64,000 bases of DNA. Source: Gordius albopunctatus (Eukaryota). Made by a program: the position numbers and the translations under genes. Below, in pieces: positions 35,801-50,800 of this stretch; the first letter of the stretch is position 1, and each line of letters opens with the position of its first letter. The notes under the pieces are model-generated. The model did not search any database, had not been told where the DNA came from, and saw only the letters and a program-made list of their open reading frames with translations. The DNA is taken from NCBI GenBank assembly GCA_964276515.1, contig OZ193909.1, positions 9,052,001-9,116,000 of the forward strand, read 5' to 3'.

Positions 35801-38800
35801 CTTATAAGGAGTCGATCGAGATTAATCAGAATCTCAAATTAGCTTACTTTTATATATTTTTTCAAGCTCTTTTACATAAAATAACAAAAAATATATTTTT
35901 TAGCTCAAAGTATTTAAAATTATTTCCATTAAACCATATTCATCCGATGAAAGTTGTTATTTTCAGACGTGATTTCCATGATAAGAAGTAAAAATTTATC
36001 ACAATTAGATAACTATTAATTTGAAATAATCATCGCATATAGCATGTTTCAAAAATTCAGCACTCTAGTCGCGATGAAACAAACTAATCGCAACAATATA
36101 ACGTTGTCTTTCCTCAAAATGATAGTTCTCGCAGCTTAAAACTTCTTATAAGGAGTCGATCGAGATTAATCAGAATCTCAAATTAGCTTACTTTTACATA
36201 TTTTTTCAAGCTCTTTTACATAAAATAACAAAAAATATATTTTTTAGCTCAAAATATTTAAAAATTTTTCCATTAACACATATTCATCAGATGAAAGTTG
36301 TTATTTTCAGACGTGATTTCCATGATAAGAAGTAAAAATTTATCACAATTAGATAACTACTACTTTAAAATAATCATCGCATATAGCATGTTTCAAAAAT
36401 TCAGCACTCTAGTCGCGATGAAACAAACTAATCGCAACAATATAACATTGTCTTTCCTCAAAATGATAGTTCTCGCAGCTTAAAACTTATTATAAGGAGT
36501 CGATCGAGATTAATCAGAATCTCAAATTAGCTTACTTTTATATATTTTTTCAAGCTCTTTTACATAAAATAACAAAAAATATATTTTTTAGCTCAAAATA
36601 TTTATAATTATTTCCATTAACACATATTCATCCGATGAAAGTTGTAAATTTTCAGACGTCTATTCCATGATAAGAAGTAAAAATTTATCACAATTAGATA
36701 ACTATTAATTTGAAATAATCATCGCATATAGCATGTTTCAAAAATTCAGCACTCTCGTCGCGATGAAACAAACTAATCGCAACAATATAACGTTGTCTTT
36801 CCTCAAAATGATAGTTCTCGCAGCTTAAAACTTCTTATAAGGAGTCGATAGAGATTAATAGGAATCTTAAATTAGCATACTTTTATATATTTTTTCAAGC
36901 TCTTTTACATAAAATAACAAAAAATATATTTTTTAGCTCAAAGTATTTAAAATTATTTCCATTAAACCATATTCATCAGATGAAAGTTGTTATTTTCAGA
37001 CGTGTATTCCATGATAAGAAGTAAAAATTTATCACAATTAGATAACTATTACTTTGAAATAATCATCGCATATATCATGTTTTAAAAATTCAGCACTCTC
37101 GTCGCGATGAAAGAAACTAATCGCAACAATATAACGTTGTCTTTCCTCAAAATGATAGTTCTCGCAGCTTAAAACTTCTTATAAGGAGTCGATCGAGATT
37201 AATCAGAATCTCAAATTAGCTTACTTTTATATATTTTTTCAAGCTCTTTTACATAAAATAACAAAAAATATATTTTTCGCTCAAAGTATTTAAAATTATT
37301 TCCATTAAACCATATTCATCCGATGAAAGTTGTTATTTTCAGACGTGATTTCCATGATAAGAAGTAAAAATTTATCACAATTAGATAGCTACTACTTTGA
37401 AATAATCATCGCATATAGCATGTTTCAAAAATTCAGCACTCTAGTCGCGATGAAACAAACTAATCGCAACAATATAACATTGTCTTTATTCAAAATGATA
37501 GTTCTCGCAGCTTAAAACTTCTTATAAGGAGTCGATCGAGATTAATCAGAATCTCAAATTAGCTTACTTTTATATATTTTTTCAAGCTCTTTTACATAAA
37601 ATAACAAAAAATATATTTTTTAGCTCAAAGTATTTAAAATTATTTCCATTAAACCATATTCATCCGATGAAAGTTGTTATTTTCAGACGTGATTTCCATG
37701 ATAAGAAGTAAAAATTTATCACAATTAGATAACTATTAATTTGAAATAATCATCGCATATAGCATGTTTCAAAAATTCAGCACTCTAGTCGCGATGAAAC
37801 AAACTAATCGCAACAATATAACGTTGTCTTTCCTCAAAATGATAGTTCTCGCAGCTTAAAACTTCTTATAAGGAGTCGATCGAGATTAATCAGAATCTCA
37901 AATTAGCTTACTTTTATATATTTTTTCAAGCTCTTTTACATAAAATAAAAAAAAATATATTTTTTTAGCTCAAAATATTTAAAATTATTTCCATTAACAC
38001 ATATTCATCCGATGAAAGTTGTTATTTTCAGACGTGATTTCCATGATAAGAAGTAAAAATTTATCACAATTAGATAACTACTACTTTGAAATAATCATCG
38101 CATATAGCATGTTTCAAAAATTCAGCACTCTAGTCGCGATGAAACAAACTAATCGCAACAATATAACATTGTCTTTATTCAAAATGATAGTTCTCGCAGC
38201 TTAAAACTTCTTATAAGGAGTCGATCGAGATTAATCAGAATCTCAAATTAGCTTACTTTTATATATTTTTTCAAGCTCTTTTACATAAAATAACAAAAAA
38301 TATATTTTTTTAGCTCAAAATATTTAAAATTATTTCCATTAACACATATTCATCCGATGAAAGTTGTTATTTTCAGACGTGATTTCCATGATAAGAAGTA
38401 AAAATTTATCACAATTAGATAACTATTACTTTGAAATAATCATCGCATATAGCATGTTTCAAAAATTCAGCACTCTAGTCGCGATGAAACAAACTAATCG
38501 CAACAATATAACATTGTCTTTCCTCAAAATGATAGTTCTCGCAGCTTAAAACTTCTTATAAGGAGTCGATCGAGATTAATCAGAATCTCAAATTAGCTTA
38601 CTTTTATATATTTTTTCAAGCTCTTTTACATAAAATAACAAAAAATATATTTTTTAGCTCAAAGTATTTAAAATTATTTCCATTAAACCATATTCATCCG
38701 ATGAAAGTTGTTATTTTCAGACGTGATTTCCATGATAAGAAGTAAAAATTTATCACAATTAGATAACTACTACTTTGAAATAATCATCGCATATAGCATG

Positions 38801-41800
38801 TTTCAAAAATTCAGCACTCTAGTCGCGATGAAACAAACTAATCGCAACAATATAACGTTGTCTTTCCTCAAAATGATAGTTCTCGCAGCTTAAAACTTCT
38901 TATAAGGAGTCGATCGAGATTAATCAGAATCTCAAATTAGCTTACTTTTATATATTTTTTCAAGCTCTTTTACATAAAATAACAAAAAATATATTTTTTA
39001 GCTCAAAGTATTTAAAATTATTTCCATTAAACCATATTCATCCGATGAAAGTTGTTATTTTCAGACGTGATTTCCATGATAAGAAGTAAAAATTTATCAC
39101 AATTAGATAACTATTAATTTGAAATAATCATCGCATATAGCATGTTTCAAAAATTCAGCACTCTAGTCGCGATGAAACAAACTAATCGCAACAATATAAC
39201 GTTGTCTTTCCTCAAAATGATAGTTCTCGCAGCTTAAAACTTCTTATAAGGAGTCGATCGAGATTAATCAGAATCTCAAATTAGCTTACTTTTATATATT
39301 TTTTCAAGCTCTTTTACATAAAATAAAAAAAAATATGTTTTTTTAGCTCAAAATATTTAAAATTATTTCCATTAACACATATTCATCCGATGAAAGTTGT
39401 TATTTTCAGACGTGATTTCCATGATAAGAAGTAAAAATTTATCACAATTAGATAACTACTACTTTGAAATAATCATCGCATATAGCATGTTTCAAAAATT
39501 CAGCACTCTAGTCGCGATGAAACAAACTAATCGCAACAATATAACATTGTCTTTATTCAAAATGATAGTTCTCGCAGCTTAAAACTTCTTATAAGGAGTC
39601 GATCGAGATTAATCAGAATCTCAAATTAGCTTACTTTTATATATTTTTTCAAGCTCTTTTACATAAAATAACAAAAAATATATTTTTTAGCTCAAAGTAT
39701 TTAAAATTATTTCCATTAAACCATATTCATCCGATGAAAGTTGTTATTTTCAGACGTGATTTCCATGATAAGAAGTAAAAATTTATCACAATTAGATAAC
39801 TACTACTTTGAAATAATCATCGCATATAGCATGTTTCAAAAATTCAGCACTCTAGTCGCGATGAAACAAACTAATCGCAACAATATAACGTTGTCTTTCC
39901 TCAAAATGATAGTTCTCGCAGCTTAAAACTTCTTATAAGGAGTCGATCGAGATTAATCAGAATCTCAAATTAGCTTACTTTTATATATTTTTTCAAGCTC
40001 TTTTACATAAAATAACAAAAAATATATTTTTTAGCTCAAAGTATTTAAAATTATTTCCATTAAACCATATTCATCCGATGAAAGTTGTTATTTTCAGACG
40101 TGATTTCCATGATAAGAAGTAAAAATTTATCACAATTAGATAACTATTAATTTGAAATAATCATCGCATATAGCATGTTTCAAAAATTCAGCACTCTAGT
40201 CGCGATGAAACAAACTAATCGCAACAATATAACGTTGTCTTTCCTCAAAATGATAGTTCTCGCAGCTTAAAACTTCTTATAAGGAGTCGATCGAGATTAA
40301 TCAGAATCTCAAATTAGCTTACTTTTATATATTTTTTCAAGCTCTTTTACATAAAATAAAAAAAAATATATTTTTTTAGCTCAAAATATTTAAAATTATT
40401 TCCATTAACACATATTCATCCGATGAAAGTTGTTATTTTCAGACGTGATTTCCATGATAAGAAGTAAAAATTTATCACAATTAGATAACTACTACTTTGA
40501 AATAATCATCGCATATAGCATGTTTCAAAAATTCAGCACTCTAGTCGCGATGAAACAAACTAATCGCAACAATATAACATTGTCTTTATTCAAAATGATA
40601 GTTCTCGCAGCTTAAAACTTCTTATAAGGAGTCGATCGAGATTAATCAGAATCTCAAATTAGCTTACTTTTATATATTTTTTCAAGCTCTTTTACATAAA
40701 ATAACAAAAAATATATTTTTTTAGCTCAAAATATTTAAAATTATTTCCATTAACACATATTCATCCGATGAAAGTTGTTATTTTCAGACGTGATTTCCAT
40801 GATAAGAAGTAAAAATTTATCACAATTAGATAACTACTACTTTGAAATAATCATCGCATATATCATGTTTCAATAATTCAGCACTCTCGTCGCGATGAAA
40901 GAAACTAATCGCAACAATATAACATTGTCTTTCCTCAAAATGATAGTTCTCGCAGCTTAAAACTTCTTATAAGGAGTCGATCGAGATTAATAGGAATCTC
41001 AAATTAGCTTACTTTTATATATTTTTCCAAGCTCTTTTACATAAAATAACAAAAAATATATTTTTTTAGCTCAAAATATTTAAAATTATTTCCATTAAAC
41101 CATATTCATCCGAAGAAAGTTGTTATTTTCAGACGTGATTTTCATGATAAGAAGTAAAAATTTATCACAATTAGATAACTATTACTTTGAAATCATCATC
41201 GCATATAGCATGTTTCAAAAATTCAGCACTCTCGTCGCGATGAAACAAACTAATCGCAACAATATAACGTTGTCTTTCCTCAAAATTATAGTTCCCGCAG
41301 CTTAAAACTTCTTATAAGGAGTCGATCGAGATTAATCAGAATCTCAAATTAGCTTACTTTTATATATTTTTTCAAGCTCTTTTACATAAAATAACAAAAA
41401 ATATATTTTTTTACCTCAAAATATTTAAAATTATTTCCATTAACACATATTCATCCGATGAAAGTTGTTATTTTCAGACGTGATTTCCATGATAAGAAGT
41501 AAAAATTTATCACAATTAGATAACTACTACTTTGAAATAATCATCGCATATAGCATGTTTCAAAAATTCAGCACTCTAGTCGCGATGAAACAAACTAATC
41601 GCAACAATATAACATTGTCTTTATTCAAAATGATAGTTCTCGCAGCTTAAAACTTCTTATAAGGAGTCGATCGAGATTAATCAGAATCTCAAATTAGCTT
41701 ACTTTTATATATTTTTTCAAGCTCTTTTACATAAAATAACAAAAAATATATTTTTTAGCTCAAAGTATTTAAAATTATTTCCATTAAACCATATTCATCC

Positions 41801-44800
41801 GATGAAAGTTGTTATTTTCAGACGTGATTTCCATGATAAGAAGTAAAAATTTATCACAATTAGATAACTACTACTTTGAAATAATCATCGCATATAGCAT
41901 GTTTCAAAAATTCAGCACTCTAGTCGCGATGAAACAAACTAATCGCAACAATATAACATTGTCTTTATTCAAAATGATAGTTCTCGCAGCTTAAAACTTC
42001 TTATAAGGAGTCGATCGAGATTAATCAGAATCTCAAATTAGCTTACTTTTATATATTTTTTCAAGCTCTTTTACATAAAATAACAAAAAATATATTTTTT
42101 AGCTCAAAGTATTTAAAATTATTTCCATTAAACCATATTCATCCGATGAAAGTTGTTATTTTCAGACGTGATTTCCATGATAAGAAGTAAAAATTTATCA
42201 CAATTAGATAACTACTACTTTGAAATAATCATCGCATATAGCATGTTTCAAAAATTCAGCACTCTAGTCGCGATGAAACAAACTAATCGCAACAATATAA
42301 CGTTGTCTTTATTCAAAATGATAGTTCTCGCAGCTTAAAACTTCTTATAAGGAGTCGATCGAGATTAATCAGAATCTCAAATTAGCTTACTTTTATATAT
42401 TTTTTCAAGCTCTTTTACATAAAATAACAAAAAATATATTTTTCGCTCAAAGTATTTAAAATTATTTCCATTAAACCATATTCATCCGATGAAAGTTGTT
42501 ATTTTCAGACGTGATTTCCATGATAAGAAGTAAAAATTTATCACAATTAGATAACTACTACTTTGAAATAATCATCGCATATAGCATGTTTCAAAAATTC
42601 AGCACTCTAGTCGCGATGAAACAAACTAATCGCAACAATATAACATTGTCTTTATTCAAAATGATAGTTCTCGCAGCTTAAAACTTCTTATAAGGAGTCG
42701 ATCGAGATTAATCAGAATCTCAAATTAGCTTACTTTTATATATTTTTTCAAGCTCTTTTACATAAAATAACAAAAAATATATTTTTTAGCTCAAAGTATT
42801 TAAAATTATTTCCATTAAACCATATTCATCCGATGAAAGTTGTTATTTTCAGACGTGATTTCCATGATAAGAAGTAAAAATTTATCACAATTAGATAACT
42901 ATTAATTTGAAATAATCATCGCATATAGCATGTTTCAAAAATTCAGCACTCTAGTCGCGATGAAACAAACTAATCGCAACAATATAACGTTGTCTTTCCT
43001 CAAAATGATAGTTCTCGCAGCTTAAAACTTCTTATAAGGAGTCGATCGAGATTAATCAGAATCTCAAATTAGCTTACTTTTATATATTTTTTCAAGCTCT
43101 TTTACATAAAATAAAAAAAAATATATTTTTTTAGCTCAAAATATTTAAAATTATTTCCATTAACACATATTCATCCGATGAAAGTTGTTATTTTCAGACG
43201 TGATTTCCATGATAAGAAGTAAAAATTTATCACAATTAGATAACTACTACTTTGAAATAATCATCGCATATAGCATGTTTCAAAAATTCAGCACTCTAGT
43301 CGCGATGAAACAAACTAATCGCAACAATATAACATTGTCTTTATTCAAAATGATAGTTCTCGCAGCTTAAAACTTCTTATAAGGAGTCGATCGAGATTAA
43401 TCAGAATCTCAAATTAGCTTACTTTTATATATTTTTTCAAGCTCTTTTACATAAAATAACAAAAAATATATTTTTTAGCTCAAAGTATTTAAAATTATTT
43501 CCATTAAACCATATTCATCCGATGAAAGTTGTTATTTTCAGACGTGATTTCCATGATAAGAAGTAAAAATTTATCACAATTAGATAACTATTAATTTGAA
43601 ATAATCATCGCATATAGCATGTTTCAAAAATTCAGCACTCTAGTCGCGATGAAACAAACTAATCGCAACAATATAACGTTGTCTTTCCTCAAAATGATAG
43701 TTCTCGCAGCTTAAAACTTCTTATAAGGAGTCGATCGAGATTAATCAGAATCTCAAATTAGCTTACTTTTATATATTTTTTCAAGCTCTTTTACATAAAA
43801 TAAAAAAAAATATATTTTTTTAGCTCAAAATATTTAAAATTATTTCCATTAACACATATTCATCCGATGAAAGTTGTTATTTTCAGACGTGATTTCCATG
43901 ATAAGAAGTAAAAATTTATCACAATTAGATAACTACTACTTTGAAATAATCATCGCATATAGCATGTTTCAAAAATTCAGCACTCTAGTCGCGATGAAAC
44001 AAACTAATCGCAACAATATAACATTGTCTTTATTCAAAATGATAGTTCTCGCAGCTTAAAACTTCTTATAAGGAGTCGATCGAGATTAATCAGAATCTCA
44101 AATTAGCTTACTTTTATATATTTTTTCAAGCTCTTTTACATAAAATAACAAAAAATATATTTTTTTAGCTCAAAATATTTAAAATTATTTCCATTAACAC
44201 ATATTTATCCGATGAAAGTTGTTATTTTCAGACGTGATTTCCATGATAAGAAGTAAAAATTTATCACAATTAGATAACTATTACTTTGAAATAATCATCG
44301 CATATAGCATGTTTCAAAAATTCAGCACTCTAGTCGCGATGAAACAAACTAATCGCAACAATATAACATTGTCTTTATTCAAAATGATAGTTCTCGCAGC
44401 TTAAAACTTCTTATAAGGAGTCGATCGAGATTAATCAGAATCTCAAATTAGCTTACTTTTATATATTTTTTCAAGCTCTTTTACATAAAATAACAAAAAA
44501 TATATTTTTTAGCTCAAAGTATTTAAAATTATTTCCATTAAACCATATTCATCCGATGAAAGTTGTTATTTTCAGACGTGATTTCCATGATAAGAAGTAA
44601 AAATTTATCACAATTAGATAACTATTAATTTGAAATAATCATCGCATATAGCATGTTTCAAAAATTCAGCACTCTAGTCGCGATGAAACAAACTAATCGC
44701 AACAATATAACGTTGTCTTTCCTCAAAATGATAGTTCTCGCAGCTTAAAACTTCTTATAAGGAGTCGATCGAGATTAATCAGAATCTCAAATTAGCTTAC

Positions 44801-47800
44801 TTTTATATATTTTTTCAAGCTCTTTTACATAAAATAAAAAAAAATATATTTTTTTAGCTCAAAATATTTAAAATTATTTCCATTAACACATATTCATCCG
44901 ATGAAAGTTGTTATTTTCAGACGTGATTTCCATGATAAGAAGTAAAAATTTATCACAATTAGATAACTACTACTTTGAAATAATCATCGCATATAGCATG
45001 TTTCAAAAATTCAGCACTCTAGTCGCGATGAAACAAACTAATCGCAACAATATAACATTGTCTTTATTCAAAATGATAGTTCTCGCAGCTTAAAACTTCT
45101 TATAAGGAGTCGATCGAGATTAATCAGAATCTCAAATTAGCTTACTTTTATATATTTTTTCAAGCTCTTTTACATAAAATAACAAAAAATATATTTTTTT
45201 AGCTCAAAATATTTAAAATTATTTCCATTAACACATATTCATCCGATGAAAGTTGTTATTTTCAGACGTGATTTCCATGATAAGAAGTAAAAATTTATCA
45301 CAATTAGATAACTACTACTTTGAAATAATCATCGCATATATCATGTTTCAATAATTCAGCACTCTCGTCGCGATGAAACAAACTAATCGCAACAATATAA
45401 CATTGTCTTTATTCAAAATGATAGTTCTCGCAGCTTAAAACTTCTTATAAGGAGTCGATCGAGATTAATCAGAATCTCAAATTAGCTTACTTTTATATAT
45501 TTTTTCAAGCTCTTTTACATAAAATAACAAAAAATATATTTTTCGCTCAAAGTATTTAAAATTATTTCCATTAAACCATATTCATCCGATGAAAGTTGTT
45601 ATTTTCAGACGTGATTTCCATGATAAGAAGTAAAAATTTATCACAATTAGATAACTACTACTTTGAAATAATCATCGCATATAGCATGTTTCAAAAATTC
45701 AGCACTCTAGTCGCGATGAAACAAACTAATCGCAACAATATAACATTGTCTTTATTCAAAATGATAGTTCTCGCAGCTTAAAACTTCTTATAAGGAGTCG
45801 ATCGAGATTAATCAGAATCTCAAATTAGCTTACTTTTATATATTTTTTCAAGCTCTTTTACATAAAATAACAAAAAATATATTTTTTAGCTCAAAGTATT
45901 TAAAATTATTTCCATTAAACCATATTCATCCGATGAAAGTTGTTATTTTCAGACGTGATTTCCATGATAAGAAGTAAAAATTTATCACAATTAGATAACT
46001 ATTAATTTGAAATAATCATCGCATATAGCATGTTTCAAAAATTCAGCACTCTAGTCGCGATGAAACAAACTAATCGCAACAATATAACGTTGTCTTTCCT
46101 CAAAATGATAGTTCTCGCAGCTTAAAACTTCTTATAAGGAGTCGATCGAGATTAATCAGAATCTCAAATTAGCTTACTTTTACATATTTTTTCAAGCTCT
46201 TTTACATAAAATAACAAAAAATATATTTTTTAGCTCAAAATATTTAAAAATTTTTCCATTAACACATATTCATCAGATGAAAGTTGTTATTTTCAGACGT
46301 GATTTCCATGATAAGAAGTAAAAATTTATCACAATTAGATAACTACTACTTTAAAATAATCATCGCATATAGCATGTTTCAAAAATTCAGCACTCTAGTC
46401 GCGATGAAACAAACTAATCGCAACAATATAACATTGTCTTTATTCAAAATGATAGTTCTCGCAGCTTAAAACTTCTTATAAGGAGTCGATCGAGATTAAT
46501 CAGAATCTCAAATTAGCTTACTTTTATATATTTTTTCAAGCTCTTTTACATAAAATAACAAAAAATATATTTTTTAGCTCAAAGTATTTAAAATTATTTC
46601 CATTAAACCATATTCATCCGATGAAAGTTGTTATTTTCAGACGTGATTTCCATGATAAGAAGTAAAAATTTATCACAATTAGATAACTATTAATTTGAAA
46701 TAATCATCGCATATAGCATGTTTCAAAAATTCAGCACTCTAGTCGCGATGAAACAAACTAATCGCAACAATATAACGTTGTCTTTCCTCAAAATGATAGT
46801 TCTCGCAGCTTAAAACTTCTTATAAGGAGTCGATCGAGATTAATCAGAATCTCAAATTAGCTTACTTTTACATATTTTTTCAAGCTCTTTTACATAAAAT
46901 AACAAAAAATATATTTTTTAGCTCAAAATATTTAAAAATTTTTCCATTAACACATATTCATCAGATGAAAGTTGTTATTTTCAGACGTGATTTCCATGAT
47001 AAGAAGTAAAAATTTATCACAATTAGATAACTACTACTTTAAAATAATCATCGCATATAGCATGTTTCAAAAATTCAGCACTCTAGTCGCGATGAAACAA
47101 ACTAATCGCAACAATATAACATTGTCTTTCCTCAAAATGATAGTTCTCGCAGCTTAAAACTTATTATAAGGAGTCGATCGAGATTAATCAGAATCTCAAA
47201 TTAGCTTACTTTTATATATTTTTTCAAGCTCTTTTACATAAAATAACAAAAAATATATTTTTTAGCTCAAAATATTTATAATTATTTCCATTAACACATA
47301 TTCATCCGATGAAAGTTGTAAATTTTCAGACGTCTATTCCATGATAAGAAGTAAAAATTTATCACAATTAGATAACTATTAATTTGAAATAATCATCGCA
47401 TATAGCATGTTTCAAAAATTCAGCACTCTCGTCGCGATGAAACAAACTAATCGCAACAATATAACGTTGTCTTTCCTCAAAATGATAGTTCTCGCAGCTT
47501 AAAACTTCTTATAAGGAGTCGATAGAGATTAATAGGAATCTTAAATTAGCATACTTTTATATATTTTTTCAAGCTCTTTTACATAAAATAACAAAAAATA
47601 TATTTTTTTAGCTCAAAGTATTTAAAATTATTTCCATTAAACCATATTCATCAGATGAAAGTTGTTATTTTCAGACGTGTATTCCATGATAAGAAGTAAA
47701 AATTTATCACAATTAGATAACTATTACTTTGAAATAATCATCGCATATATCATGTTTTAAAAATTCAGCACTCTCGTCGCGATGAAAGAAACTAATCGCA

Positions 47801-50800
47801 ACAATATAACGTTGTCTTTCCTCAAAATGATAGTTCTCGCAGCTTAAAACTTCTTATAAGGAGTCGATCGAGATTAATCAGAATCTCAAATTAGCTTACT
47901 TTTATATATTTTTTCAAGCTCTTTTACATAAAATAACAAAAAATATATTTTTCGCTCAAAGTATTTAAAATTATTTCCATTAAACCATATTCATCCGATG
48001 AAAGTTGTTATTTTCAGACGTGATTTCCATGATAAGAAGTAAAAATTTATCACAATTAGATAACTACTACTTTGAAATAATCATCGCATATAGCATGTTT
48101 CAAAAATTCAGCACTCTAGTCGCGATGAAACAAACTAATCGCAACAATATAACATTGTCTTTATTCAAAATGATAGTTCTCGCAGCTTAAAACTTCTTAT
48201 AAGGAGTCGATCGAGATTAATCAGAATCTCAAATTAGCTTACTTTTATATATTTTTTCAAGCTCTTTTACATAAAATAACAAAAAATATATTTTTTAGCT
48301 CAAAGTATTTAAAATTATTTCCATTAAACCATATTCATCCGATGAAAGTTGTTATTTTCAGACGTGATTTCCATGATAAGAAGTAAAAATTTATCACAAT
48401 TAGATAACTATTAATTTGAAATAATCATCGCATATAGCATGTTTCAAAAATTCAGCACTCTAGTCGCGATGAAACAAACTAATCGCAACAATATAACGTT
48501 GTCTTTCCTCAAAATGATAGTTCTCGCAGCTTAAAACTTCTTATAAGGAGTCGATCGAGATTAATCAGAATCTCAAATTAGCTTACTTTTATATATTTTT
48601 TCAAGCTCTTTTACATAAAATAAAAAAAAATATATTTTTTTAGCTCAAAATATTTAAAATTATTTCCATTAACACATATTCATCCGATGAAAGTTGTTAT
48701 TTTCAGACGTGATTTCCATGATAAGAAGTAAAAATTTATCACAATTAGATAACTACTACTTTGAAATAATCATCGCATATAGCATGTTTCAAAAATTCAG
48801 CACTCTAGTCGCGATGAAACAAACTAATCGCAACAATATAACATTGTCTTTATTCAAAATGATAGTTCTCGCAGCTTAAAACTTCTTATAAGGAGTCGAT
48901 CGAGATTAATCAGAATCTCAAATTAGCTTACTTTTATATATTTTTTCAAGCTCTTTTACATAAAATAACAAAAAATATATTTTTTTAGCTCAAAATATTT
49001 AAAATTATTTCCATTAACACATATTCATCCGATGAAAGTTGTTATTTTCAGACGTGATTTCCATGATAAGAAGTAAAAATTTATCACAATTAGATAACTA
49101 TTACTTTGAAATAATCATCGCATATAGCATGTTTCAAAAATTCAGCACTCTAGTCGCGATGAAACAAACTAATCGCAACAATATAACATTGTCTTTCCTC
49201 AAAATGATAGTTCTCGCAGCTTAAAACTTCTTATAAGGAGTCGATCGAGATTAATCAGAATCTCAAATTAGCTTACTTTTATATATTTTTTCAAGCTCTT
49301 TTACATAAAATAACAAAAAATATATTTTTTAGCTCAAAGTATTTAAAATTATTTCCATTAAACCATATTCATCCGATGAAAGTTGTTATTTTCAGACGTG
49401 ATTTCCATGATAAGAAGTAAAAATTTATCACAATTAGATAACTACTACTTTGAAATAATCATCGCATATAGCATGTTTCAAAAATTCAGCACTCTAGTCG
49501 CGATGAAACAAACTAATCGCAACAATATAACGTTGTCTTTCCTCAAAATGATAGTTCTCGCAGGTTAAAACTTCTTATAAGGAGTCGATCGAGATTAATC
49601 AGAATCTCAAATTAGCTTACTTTTATATATTTTTTCAAGCTCTTTTACATAAAATAACAAAAAATATATTTTTTAGCTCAAAGTATTTAAAATTATTTCC
49701 ATTAAACCATATTCATCCGATGAAAGTTGTTATTTTCAGACGTGATTTCCATGATAAGAAGTAAAAATTTATCACAATTAGATAACTATTAATTTGAAAT
49801 AATCATCGCATATAGCATGTTTCAAAAATTCAGCACTCTAGTCGCGATGAAACAAACTAATCGCAACAATATAACGTTGTCTTTCCTCAAAATGATAGTT
49901 CTCGCAGCTTAAAACTTCTTATAAGGAGTCGATCGAGATTAATCAGAATCTCAAATTAGCTTACTTTTATATATTTTTTCAAGCTCTTTTACATAAAATA
50001 AAAAAAAATATGTTTTTTTAGCTCAAAATATTTAAAATTATTTCCATTAACACATATTCATCCGATGAAAGTTGTTATTTTCAGACGTGATTTCCATGAT
50101 AAGAAGTAAAAATTTATCACAATTAGATAACTACTACTTTGAAATAATCATCGCATATAGCATGTTTCAAAAATTCAGCACTCTAGTCGCGATGAAACAA
50201 ACTAATCGCAACAATATAACATTGTCTTTATTCAAAATGATAGTTCTCGCAGCTTAAAACTTCTTATAAGGAGTCGATCGAGATTAATCAGAATCTCAAA
50301 TTAGCTTACTTTTATATATTTTTTCAAGCTCTTTTACATAAAATAACAAAAAATATATTTTTTAGCTCAAAGTATTTAAAATTATTTCCATTAAACCATA
50401 TTCATCCGATGAAAGTTGTTATTTTCAGACGTGATTTCCATGATAAGAAGTAAAAATTTATCACAATTAGATAACTACTACTTTGAAATAATCATCGCAT
50501 ATAGCATGTTTCAAAAATTCAGCACTCTAGTCGCGATGAAACAAACTAATCGCAACAATATAACGTTGTCTTTCCTCAAAATGATAGTTCTCGCAGCTTA
50601 AAACTTCTTATAAGGAGTCGATCGAGATTAATCAGAATCTCAAATTAGCTTACTTTTATATATTTTTTCAAGCTCTTTTACATAAAATAACAAAAAATAT
50701 ATTTTTTAGCTCAAAGTATTTAAAATTATTTCCATTAAACCATATTCATCCGATGAAAGTTGTTATTTTCAGACGTGATTTCCATGATAAGAAGTAAAAA